Below, in pieces: positions 1 to 12,000 of a stretch of 64,000 nt of DNA. The notes below the pieces were generated by a model. That model saw only the letters and a program-made list of their open reading frames with translations, was not told where the DNA came from and did not search any database. This DNA is from Phoronis australis (Eukaryota; Animalia; Phoronida), in contig NMRA01000068.1 in the NCBI GenBank assembly GCA_002633005.1, positions 947,092-1,011,091 of the forward strand, written 5' to 3'. Position 1 is the stretch's first letter, and every line of letters begins with the position of its first letter. Made by a program: the position numbers and the translations under genes.

Positions 1-1141
1 ACACGTTTTATCAACAGTTACCCTTTTTTATCTCCGACTTCACACTATCTGCCCTACTTAAACCCCCATACCTCTCCACCCAGTCACATCGATCTCAGCT
101 CTCCTAATCAGACCCTTCAAATGGATTGAAGGTCAGTCTAATTCTCTAATCCCATGCCGTTTAAATCATCACTACTACCACTAACCTCTTTGTCAATCCT
201 CCTACTCCCGTCCTTCCAAATAACCCCTCCTTCTACCTTCAGTACTCTCATCCCCTCTGCCATCCGACTCCTTACCCGTACGACATATACTCTTATCAGT
301 CCTGTTTTATCTCTGGCACTGCATGGTGATGGTAAAAGCTCCAGGAATTGAGGACCTGTTTGCGAGACAACCCTGTGTTCACCTGTTTTGTGGTGGTAAA
401 GGTATCAAGGGAAGTTGATGACCTGTATGCGAGACATCCTGGTGTTCATCTTACCTGGCGGCCCATCTGTTCCGCAGAAAAGATGGGAATGTTGTAGATG
501 TGGTTCTAGTGAATCATATGAGCCTCTGTTAGCCACTCGCTAACGGGCAATTTTCTATTAGCTGAATGGTAAGCTGGTCGCTGATTTGATTCCTGGATTG
601 ATTAATCTCGGCTTCTACTGCAGCATTGAGGAACCACTGTGTGTTTTTAGTTCACAATTGTAGTTAGTAATTGCCGAGGCGACCCAAGAATCAAGACAGC
701 GACCCTGACAAAACCAGCAAGCATGCTAACCATTCAGCTAATCAGCAATTAACTATTAACATTCCCTCTTTCCAATGGATCATGCTTGTCTACCAACTGC
801 AAATCTGGGCCAGTACCTTGTGCCATGGAATTTGTCCTCATCAACCCTCTTCTTATGTTCTGGATTAACACCATGCATCCCATTCAAGGTTCACAGCGAC
901 CTAGTTGGCAATTTTTTTATCAGTAAATAATCCGTTTGCCAACTACCAGAACACCAAATATAGCACTGACAAGATCACCCGACTCGACAAAACTGGCAAG
1001 TGTGCTAACCATTCAGTTAATATAGGCAATTGCCCATTAGCGGGCCCCCCCTAAATCCGCCTATGGGACTATACTTGCCTTCAGTCACATTGCTGTTAAA
1101 TCATAATTTTACCCATTCTGTGTTGAATTCCACTTGTTTAG

Positions 1142-4100
1142 ATTTGATGACAAGGAGAGTGTATCGGGTGTGAACAATGTGAAGTCATCTGTTCAGCGTG
1201 GAATCAAGGCCAAGTTACTAGAGAGCTGCCCACATATAGAAAACTACCTAGATGATATTCTACCAAAGAAAGGAGCACTTAGAGTTGCAAAATGGTAATT
1301 TAATTATTTTGTTATGGGTTACGTATGTTTTGGTCAGATTATAATGCATTGCTCCCTTTCAACCTTTTGTGTGTTTGTTTTTATCTTGATTCTTACCTTT
1401 GAAATGTTGCAAGTTCATATTACATGGGCGGCACACCATAGGGGGCTGGGGGGGGCTATAGCCCCCACTTTTTTCAGTGCTACGCCACACATGGTCTATA
1501 GGTGGTGCACCAAGAGGGGGCTTTAGCCCCCCACTTCTTTCAGTGCTGCGCCGCCCATTTATTAACATTTAAAAATGTGTTTTTACTTTGTTAATCAGCC
1601 AGACTTACTATGGCTTCACATCCGGCATTTCCATGTTCATACATATTACATAGGTTAAGGTTTGATGAAATGTTATTGCCAAGGCTAAAAACTATTACAT
1701 TTTAACTCCGTGAAAGAAGAAAACTTGAACAGTTGTCCTGTTTTTTTGGAGCTGCATACCGCCTCAGCATCTGAGTGTTCCACTTTTTGACATACAGTAA
1801 AATCTCACCAATTTCAGACAAAAATTATTGTCCAAATTGCCTTTTTTCATTTTTCAAGTGCTTCTAACATAGTAATTTATGGTCACATTTTTTAAAATCA
1901 TCTGATGGCAGCTATGGTAACAGAAATTTCACATTACCTGATGGTAGCTATGGTAACAGAACTTGAACATTGAAAAGCGTCAATTTTGTATGACATGTCT
2001 TTCATGGAAAACAGATTTTTATAATAAAATTTCGTTAGTCAGACATATTGTGTCCTAAATTGGCAAGAGTTTACTGTACTCAGTGATATCTACATGTATA
2101 CTCTTGCAGTTGTATTAATGCACAGCTGTATATACTAGAGCTTATCCATATTATTTGCCCTTATTTCCCTGTTCTGTTTCACGGACATCACTAAAAACAA
2201 CAGAAACACCATTGATATGACATCTCTAGATGTTCATGCAGACATTTTCCCCTTGTGCTGTGGCCTAGATACAGATGTCCCACTTTTTCATTTTGGAAGG
2301 TTGGCAACTATGAGCCATTTACTACTTACATAGATAGTAACTAGGCCTAATTCAAGCAATATTGCTTTCAGTTCCTGACTGCATGAGTACCGTCGGATCT
2401 AAGAACCAGTATTTCTGCACTACAGATACTCTCCCATTCAGCACCAAGTTTATATCAATTTGTTCTGTTTCAGTCAAGAACACATAGAGCTGCTACTAGG
2501 TGCAGACGGGGAACCTGTGCTGTTTAGACAAAGAGATGGTCCCTTTATGCCTTCACTGAAGCTGCTACATAAATGTAAGAAACTGTTTGACTAAATTTTC
2601 CTGAAATGAGAATCGCCACTGGACAGAATAAAACCTTACTGTTTGCACTAATAACCAAGGCAATGTGGCACTTGTTTCACTCAACCCATCATGTTACTGT
2701 TTGGGCTGATAACTCAGGTAATGTCTCAAATGTTTCACTCGACCCATGATGTCATTTGAAAATTTTCCAAATATGCAATACTGTATCCATCCAAGTATAA
2801 GCCAACCTCAGATATCATCCTACCACCAAATCTTCATTTTTCTCACGCCTGGTTAGTCTACATCTTTGTTTACATCAAATCAAACTGAACTTACATTATC
2901 CTCGTTTCTTGTCGATCGCTAGAAAAGTACAGAGATACCTCACAAATCTATCCCAAAAACGTGCAATAATTGTATGTGCATGTCAAGTAAAGCATGATAC
3001 ACGATACAGGTCATCGGGTCACTGCGCATCATGTAGAAGCCCATTGGTTTGTGCACGAATGTCTGTTACAAGCCCAACCTCATTTTTCAGAGCTCCTCAA
3101 TTACAACTTTACAAGCTCACGGGCTTGTGTCTGTATGGGTGTAGTACTTATGATGCTGAATTTTTGTGTTCTCATAGTCATTTCTATATGAGTACATATT
3201 GCCATCATCTCTGTCCAAGTGGGCTTTTGCCTGTTCTTCTAAACCCCTATAATAATTGATTTTCATAAAGATTGGGAGGTGTATTGGTATCAAGGAGGGC
3301 ACTGTCAGTATGTCATTTCAGATGGCATTTACTATGTAAGCCAACACTAACTTCAAGGTGTATTATCTTACCCATAACAAGTACTAAAACTTATGTGTCG
3401 GTGGTTCGAGTCCCACTCGGTCACACTGCTAAACAATTGAGTCAGGTTTCTAGCTGCTCAGCTCAGTTTTAACTATATATTAATAAAGCATAAAAATGGT
3501 TCCATGTTATCAGTGCTATGGGCCCATATGTGTGACCTGCGCACGTCTGGTACAATTAAGAGTGATAGAGATCTCTTGCTTGAAGAGGTCATCACTGACA
3601 GTGGACGTATTTTGCAAACTCAGTTGCCCACTTTTCTAATCTTTGAAAGTTCTGGAACTAATTGATTTTTCTGATTAATTTCTGTTAGTTCACAACAGTT
3701 CTATCAATAACATTTAATTGTAACGTTACATTATTCTTAGGAAATCAAGAGTCCTGTACAAATTCCCGTATTCTGCATTCTAGCTTTTCTCAGCCATGAG
3801 GTAACATTGTATTGACTGTACTATGGTGGCGCTGTGCACACCACGGGTTTCGCCGTCGTTTGTCCTTCAGAACTGTCAAAAGGGATGAAATGTGACGTCA
3901 CACATCCATCTTATCCCACTTCCTTGAGTCTGCATTGCAGCCCACAGCACAGCAGTAACACTTTCCTGGCATGACTTAAATATGATATGAAATATTAAGT
4001 ATTCGGACGACAGATGCTAACATGTGAATCTCCATAGGAGTGAAAGGGTAGCGGCCGACCTGCCTGTTGTATATAGAGATGTGCCGCTAGCTAATACCTC

Positions 4101-6832
4101 ATGGCATGGGAGAGCGATCATTGCAGAAGGCAAGAATTACGTTCATTGTCTCTTGGATGCAACAGAAGTCTTGCCAGATCTCGCCTAGTCACCAATATAT
4201 TTTTGAATGTGGTGCATCTTTTGCGTAACAGTATATGTGTGAAGTCCTTCTTTATGGGCACAACAGTTGGGGTGCTGTTGTCCTTTTATGGGGTGTTTAG
4301 CTTTTTGCATCATCATCTGTGTCTACCAGACTTTCTATAGATCATTGTGAAACATAAGATATAGGTTACACTGACGGACCAGAACGCACCTGGAGTGTGT
4401 GTTTTTGGATGTATCTGATTTACGTTGTACCTCCTCGTTACTGTTGTATTTTGGTATGAGTGTCCAGATTTCTTGTTTCTTTAGGTAGTAAACTTATGTC
4501 ATACACCAATTTGTCAAACAAACACCTATAGTGCTTTGCCTTGCATATTGACATATAATGGTATACACCACTGACATCAATGTTACCCATTGTTTTAAGA
4601 ATGTCCAGCGCTGTGTAACTTTAATGATTTCTTATTAATAAGTTATGACTAGCACTGCTCCCTTTTGGGAATGTTTGAAATAGTGACTGGGAGCATCCCT
4701 TATGTCTTTGCTGTTTGCAGTGCGCCGTGACCAGAAATATCAGCACCCTGTGTTGTTGGTATTGACATTTCACACAAAAATTTGTTAATAATTAACTATT
4801 GAAGTAAGTGTTTTTTGATGTTCTACCTGCATGCTGTTTTAACAAATAATTTGATGACTTTTTTAAAAAAAATGCATTATATTTTCCATTTTAACCTTGC
4901 TGTCAACAGACTGGAATCAACACCACTTTCTCTTCCAGATCCATTTTTGTTGCCACATATGCAGGTAGATAAAGGAGCTATTCGATTTGTACTGAGTGGG
5001 GCAAATGTAATGTGCCCAGGACTAACCTCTCCTGGGGCAAAAATGACGAATGTTGACAAGGAAGTTGTTGTTGTGAGTACTTTAAATGAGGAAGTAACTG
5101 TGTTTGGATTGGAGTTTCAGGTTTATGCTTTAAGAAAAAGCATTGAGTTTCTTCTGTACTGGTTGGCAGTGCAGAACTTGTTAAATGCAGTGAAAACGGT
5201 GGTATCTCAAAATAGTTTTGGTTTTTCACTTTACTTTATACAGTTTTTTTTTAACTTACAAAGTCTGCATTTTGAAAATCCAATTTAACCTACTGAACAG
5301 CACACAACAGATAATAATTGCAAGTTCAAAGGCTTAAAATTCAAAATTTGAATTTTTTAAATACGTTTACACCATTTAATTAGAAACTTGAGATTACTTG
5401 TAGTGAGTGAACTAAGCAAGTTTGGAGGACTCCAACTTGACCATGGTACTTTTACATTTTCTAAATCCAGGATATTGTGAAATTTAATGTATTTCAGATT
5501 AAGTGATGCTATCATACGTGAACTGATGGACAAATAATGACAGATAAATTAACAATGTTAATGGTTTGGAGAACAAAGCTTTTATAGTGTACAAGGACTC
5601 TGTGGTACATTAGCTGAACTTCTTTGCCACCTATTTCTTTGTAGGCTGTCACAGCAGAGGGTAAAGAACATGCATTGGCTATTGGCCTCACAAAGATGTC
5701 TAGTGAAGAAATGTGAGTTTATTTCATTTGTTAATTGAAATTAAGAAAAAATTTAGTCTACTTTTAACTTGTACATAAAACACCACACTTACTAAAACAC
5801 CATTCTCAGAAGAAAAAAACAGTGGCCACCTTGCTAGGCCCAACAACAAGTAATGATACACAGACAGTCAGTTACAGGGGAGTAACTAGACTAACAATGA
5901 AACCTGTGGTGTGCCAGTTGCCTATTGAGACTGAGCTTGCACCAACTGATATGTGAAGCCTCACGAATTTTCAGCTCCTTAGTCATATTTATCTTAGACT
6001 GTCAAGTTGAGATGAAGACAACTAAAATATTGTAAGCTTCAGTTGTCTAGTCATACTCATCTTAGACTGTCGAGTTGAGATGAAGACAACCAAAATATTG
6101 TAAGCTTCAGTTGGGCAGTCATATTTATGTTTGATTGACAAGTTGAAATGAAGACAACTAAAATACTTAAAGCTTCAGTCAGGCAGTCATACTTATCTTT
6201 AACTGACAAGTTGAGATGAAGACAAACTAAAATACTGTAAGCCTCAGTTGGCCAGTCATCCTTATCGTTGATTGACAAGTTGAAATGAAGACAACTAAAC
6301 TGTTGTAAGCTTCATTTGGCCAGCACTGCTACACCCAATCAATTTGTCGCCAAACCTGTTGGTCATTCAGTCATTGCTAATCTAGGGTCATGCTCCCGTT
6401 CTATAACAATTTGAGAATCTGCAGCGCATACCTTAGCAATTTGCTGGAAATATATTAACCAGTTTTTGAGTCCATCTTGCGCTTACTCAGAACGGTCAGT
6501 TATTGTGCCATGTTACTTGCCCCATGTCCAAAGATGAATTTTACCCACATTTGGGCACGTCGCTCTGGTCAGTGTACAGTGCCTAGTTAATCTACTGCAA
6601 ACGACTGTGTTTGATGACAGCTTTAGACAATCATGTTAATGGGATTGATATCAACTTTCACATTTGTTGGATATTTGGTCAGTTTGGAGTCAATTTTAAT
6701 CTAATCTGAAATGTGCTTTTTGTATGATCGGTACTTGTCTCATTTTACAGATTGTCGAAAAATAAGGGAATTGGAGTAGAGACCCTACATTATCTCAATG
6801 ACGGACTATGGTATATGAAGGCCATCAAGTAA
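1142..6832 (+). CDS. MCTS1: Malignant T-cell-amplified sequence 1 (PUA-domain translation re-initiation factor); exons 2-6, first coding exon not found in window
   Basis: GT-AG exons 1142-1294, 2474-2574, 4939-5072, 5645-5712, 6751-6832 join in frame: [22 protein letters not shown]...[53 protein letters not shown]...[11 protein letters not shown]...[23 protein letters not shown]. Matches the MCT-1/Tma20 family from recall. Confidence 0.96.
1425..1560. mobile_element. Short GC-rich MITE-like element; related copy at ~43670-43765
   Basis: Termini atgggcggcac / gcgccgcccat; internal repeat gcccccacttttttcagtgctgcgcc shared with the 43.7 kb copy. Confidence 0.55.
1795..2076. mobile_element. TcMar-type MITE
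   Basis: TA-flanked imperfect TIRs cagtaaaatctcaccaattt / aaattggcaagagtttactg. Confidence 0.65.
3400..3557 (+). mobile_element. tRNA-derived SINE, 5' truncated
   Basis: B-box gttcgagtcc followed by a body shared with 56308-56515 and 19611-19775. Confidence 0.75.
5980..6320. repeat. Minisatellite, ~68-bp unit, ~5 copies (MCTS1 last intron)
   Basis: Recurrent caagttgagatgaagacaactaaaatattgtaagcttcagttg; cttagactgtc at 5993 and 6061. Confidence 0.9.
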
Positions 6833-7428
6833 CTGATACATCTCCTCAAGTTGTTTGTTGTAAATGTCCTTGAGAATCAGACTCAGCTGAACAATGTATT
6901 TTGAATGGCAGATGAGAACTCAACACTCCGTTTTCTGGAACGATATCCATGACCGTCTGTCTGACAGTACGGAAGTTTTTTTGGTTTTTCCTTCTTACGT
7001 GAATTTGCATCACTGTCTCTTGATCAATTTTTAATCTGTCACGATTTAAATATTTAGCCCCTCTTGCAACCTTCAAACAGGTGTTGTGTACCACAAGATA
7101 TCTTAAGTGTTAAGAAGTTTGAAAATTACTCACATAGTAGCTAAATAGGCAAGAGAAAACTAAGGAACGACTGCCCACCTCAAAAAAACAGGTCCCTATT
7201 TGTGACAGAAATGGACGTGTTTTAGCTGATTGCTTTTATTTCTTAGGGGAGGTAGGAAGTGTGCAATAGCAGGTGATCACTAAAACAAGGTTTTGTATTC
7301 ATTTTATAACAGTATACCATTATGAACTGTAAGTTCTACTTTTGAATTCTCCTTTGAACTAAATACATTGTATTGAAAAATTTGCTCAGTTATTTGTTAA
7401 TCTTGTACACCCACATTTACGAATGGGG

Positions 7429-7500
7429 AGTACTGCCCTCCTCTGTATATGTAGTACTGCCCTCCTCTGTGTATGTAGTACTGCTATCCTCTGTTTGCAT
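7429..7500. repeat. 24-bp tandem repeat x3
   Basis: gtactgccctcctctgtatatgta repeated. Confidence 0.85.
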
Positions 7501-8299
7501 GCAGCATTCTCTTCACTATATAACATCACATTTATCTCAATTTGTTTTCAGCTTACCTGTTGCTGGGGTTTTTGTGTTAATCAGTGATATGAACATTGAG
7601 ATGACTGGACCTTTCATTTAAATTCGTTTCAAATTATTCGCCAAGTATTAAAGTTAGGATAATTGCTGCCAGTTCTATTAAAATACGGAGAAGTTGCTAG
7701 AACTTTTTGTAACTTTATTTAGCTTGTGTTTTATTGACAATTTTGAGTATATCGTGACAATTTATACTCGCAAACAATACAGGTTCCAGAGCACTTTTTC
7801 ATGTCCCAATGTTTGTAAAATCATTGCTCAAAACACTATTACCAACTTTAAAGAAACGTATGTTGCAACTCTTTGACTGGAAGTAAAGAGAACTATATAA
7901 AACACAAAACAGATCTTCAGTCTTTGACCCTTTGAAGAGTCTCTATGTGACTTGTCAGATGTGTTCAAGTCGGAGAAAGGAGGGCAAAAACCTATTTTTT
8001 CCTGTGCCATTTCGTTTCTTGAATATTTGCACAATCCTATTTTGACCAAATCCACAACACCAACCTTAAATCAGTTACACACAGGCTTTTTATCCAACTT
8101 ATGGCGACATCATTCAAGCTCCAACTGAATCTCTCAACTGAGCTATTGAGCCAATTTAACACCAGTCCTATTGACATTTAATATCAAGGTCATGTTAATA
8201 AATTCACACATCAATGAGAGCAATGCCATATAACCTTTTGCAACCATCAGACATTGATAAAGTTGGGTTATCTCACCACAACCAGTATAATGCACAAAA

Positions 8300-8617
8300 C
8301 TTGATGATGAAACCATTCTGCATATTGATGAGACTATACATAACTGAGAGGTGTGGTGTGATCTACGACCAATATAAGTTTGGTGAGTTGGTGAGTGTAC
8401 TGAAAACTATATCGGTGTTATTCAAGAACATGCCAGCGATCTACATCACCGGGTCTTTGATGAGGATTTCACTGTATTAAGTTTATATCCATATATAAAG
8501 TGGAAGCATAGAATACGGGAGGCTAATGAGATTCAAATCCACAGACCAAGTCTGAACAGAGATCCAGGACTTGATCTCCCTGTGGTGTACTCGGACCTGC
8601 TACGAGATTCCCCTTGA
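8300..8617 (+). mobile_element. Penelope-like element remnant (GIY-YIG endonuclease, frameshifted)
   Basis: Ordered motifs across frames: GVIY (8355-8366), CTENYIG (to 8416), IQEH, then WKHRIREANEIQIHRPSLNRDPGLDLPVVYSDLL..* (stop 8615-8617), typical of the PLE GIY-YIG C-terminus. Confidence 0.75.
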
Positions 8618-9000
8618 CATTAGGGAATATCCCATATTGTTTTATTGTTTTGTTCCACAACGAAACAGTGCACCTGGTGGTGAACCAAGTTCGTGAGAAA
8701 TCGATGAAGTGACTACACCGACAACAGCTTTTCGGTTCCAGAAGGGATCTTTATTTAATATTATCATTTTCTGTATTGGTCTTGAATGTGGACAAACACA
8801 ATTATTCCATGATCACCAACACCAACAATTAACTCTTCTTTTATACAGGCACAACTCTCAGCTAGTTGCAGCAGTTGATCTAGCTTTGTGCCACATTCAC
8901 GAAACTGTTGCATCATTCAGATCCATTTCAAGCCAACAGCTATAGCATAACTGTAGACAAGACACAATGAACCGACAGCCAGCCATAACAAACACCCTAG

Positions 9001-12000
9001 TCAGTCACTTTCATCCTCAGATTCTTCTTCTGCTTCTTCTAACCATTTGATGAATGGGGCAACCTGAATAAAATGATATATGTTAGATAGACGCATTGAG
9101 TGTAGACAATTAGTTTTTTAAAGTATACACTGAAAACAACTAATTAGCTGCTCTCTGACTTGGAACTTGACACCTAGCATCCACGCAGTTCAACTCATTT
9201 CACGAGACTGTAACAATCTATGCTGTAACCTCTGCAACACGTGAAGCTTGCACGCACGCACTTATGCACGGCAACAGTAGGATATAACGTGTCTATATTT
9301 TGAGAACCAGTTTAATGCCTGTTATCCACTGGAAAAAAACGGTTCTCAAAATTCGGGCATGTTATATCCAACCATTACCCTTCTGCACTGTTGTCACATG
9401 AGAATAGCTGCAATCCAAGTGGAGCGCTGCATAGTCACTGGTCAACTGCGCACTACAGCTCTAATAAGACTGCAGAACAGTAAGATACTATTACTCCACA
9501 ATTGTGTAAATCTATTCATGAAAGACTAATCTGAGGGGAACAGAACTTTTGTGAGGAAAATCTGCTGTTATGACATTTTTACCGCTATTTTGCGACACGC
9601 TGGAAAATCTTATCGTCATTTGCTGTCGCCAAAACTGGCGACCAGAAAAACGACTTCCAGTTTTATACTTATCTGTTTCAGAGACACACATAACACACTT
9701 ATCGGATCTTTTGTAATGCTCACATGAAAATTAACTAGTCAAGGATATCAGACAATCATAGACATGAACTTCCAATCGTATGCCAGGATCGCTCAATCAT
9801 GCGCTCGAACCAATAATTAGAATCACACATTCGAACCACATCATATGCACAAACAAAAAATCATGATAACAAACTGCAAAATAAAGTGCATTCTTTCAGA
9901 TGGTGTGCACAAATAATTCAATGATTGTTTGTCTGATTTTTGTCTACTGACAATTGATAATATGGATAAGATGTACATCTGTACAATACTGTGATTCGTA
10001 TGAGCGATTCAAAGGTTCAAGTAAATGAATCTGATTCATGAGTATGACCTAGTACCCTTGTTACTAACTACATCATTTAGTCAGTATAATATGTCACACC
10101 GCTATTGCAGTAATCTACTTTTATCACTGTACAGCATGTTGATGGATTTGAGTGATTGTTACAAACCAAGAGTAAGCTTATACCGACTAACAATTTTACT
10201 TGAAAAATACCATGCAGTACGACTTGACAGAAAAATATTGTGTTTAATGGCCATCTCACACCGACTAGTAGATAACTTGGCCTGTTTTATCGCAAGGATT
10301 TGTAAGTCGGGCCTATTTTGTTTTATTCTTTGGAAAACAGGAAGAAGTCATGCACCTTTAGAATTAGTGTTACACAGTGATGAACCGATTTCATCAGAAA
10401 TTAATAGAAATCTGTGATATTGGGTGGAGATTCAGTGATTCACTTGGAGTTACACCTTGAAAACTAAATTAAATGACTATAAATGGATGGGTGGAGGGTA
10501 AAGGGAATAGGTTAAAAGAAACTCCAGGCCAAAAGTAGTGACTTCTCTGAATTAGGATTCAGAATGCTAATTGGAAGTGCATTCCTCTGAAATCATGGTT
10601 TCCATATGTGATGAGATATTCGTGAAAGCAAGATTTTTTCTACAACCTCAAACTAATGTCATTAGGTCACTGGCCTGTGAAAATGATAATAAGGTAAGTA
10701 TAACATAATGTTTGCAAAAGATAGATACCGATAAAAGCAATAATTTTTCTTTCTGGCAACAAGTTACATTTACACAAGAGCAATGCAGAGCCTTGAAATG
10801 AGCGAGTACCAAAAATAAAATGGAGGTGATCATTATTCCAAATTATCGATGAAGGGAGCATCACCCCTGCCTGTAGTGTAGCACTAGTTGTTTAAAACTA
10901 AGGACGAAAAGTGATTATGTCGCACACCTAGCAATTACTCCAAACAAATTAAAAAGTGATTTTTCAAAATATGAAGTTCACGCCACAACATTTGTGAACC
11001 AAACAGATTAGCGTGTTGACCACATTTTTTTCTGAAACAGAGACCTTAAAACTGTTGATTTTCCAGTTACAACTTCAGACCCATGTTATTTCCCATAGAG
11101 AAGTGGCATAAGTTACAACAACCAAGATGGCAGAATTTCACGAAATACCTCAGTACGGTGACGTCCCCTCACACAGCAAATACAGTTTATTAAACGCAAC
11201 AACATTAAATGCCTTGTATTGAGAGATTGCCATCAAACAAACAAATGATACTTGAGGCTATTAGACATGATTATTTGTAACTCTACCACACCCTTTCAAA
11301 AGTTGAGGTTTACATTTACAGACTGTTCATGGTTGCAAAGGTACAACCATTTAGTCATTTCACACAGAGCCATCTTGTTAATCAGGTAACCTACTTTTTG
11401 TCTAATCTCTTCATGTTCTGCTCGATGTTCATTATCAGGCACATTGTTGAACCAGTGTTGCAACACGTCCTCCTCCAGTATATCTGAGCTGTACAGTTGA
11501 TGTAACACCTTCATCAGCACAGTCACTGTGTCCAGGTGGTGAATGTAGAACTCCTGACAAGAATAAATTGGTCAAATTTCCTTTTGTATAACTATCTAGA
11601 TGAAACCTTAAAACCAGTGTTACAGTTTTCTAAATTATTGTTTCGTTTTTGTTTGCGCAAATTTTGAATTATCTCAAAACAATCTTATTTATAGCCCCTC
11701 ATGGAAAAGTGGAACATTTGAAAAACGACAGCATTTTGGAGAGCGGCGCATGAGGCACGGTATATGAAAAATTTCATGAAAATACAATCAGCCATTTCTT
11801 AGATATGACGTGTTCCTAAGTTAGTCAAATTTGGACATCTTTCTAAGGAACTACATGACCTTAAATAGTGAACAGTCATCTGACAGCAGACTGAAAGCTG
11901 TCCACAAATAACTCAATGACAAAGTACAATGAACCCACCTCCAAACCAGCCAGGCAGTCTAACTGTGATTCTGCATTTCGGATGTAGTTTTCGAAGACGG

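Noticed and set aside
2909-3472. Short ORFs in MCTS1 introns, and most other 60-130 aa ORFs in the track
   Set aside because: No recognisable domains or splice context; expected by chance or derived from repeats.
5980-6320. CRISPR-like ~68-bp periodic repeat
   Set aside because: The whole unit is homologous between copies; there is no repeat-spacer structure.
8620-8730. Penelope-associated hammerhead
   Set aside because: Only cgatgaag and an upstream cgaaac in the wrong order; no intact CUGANGA...GAAA.
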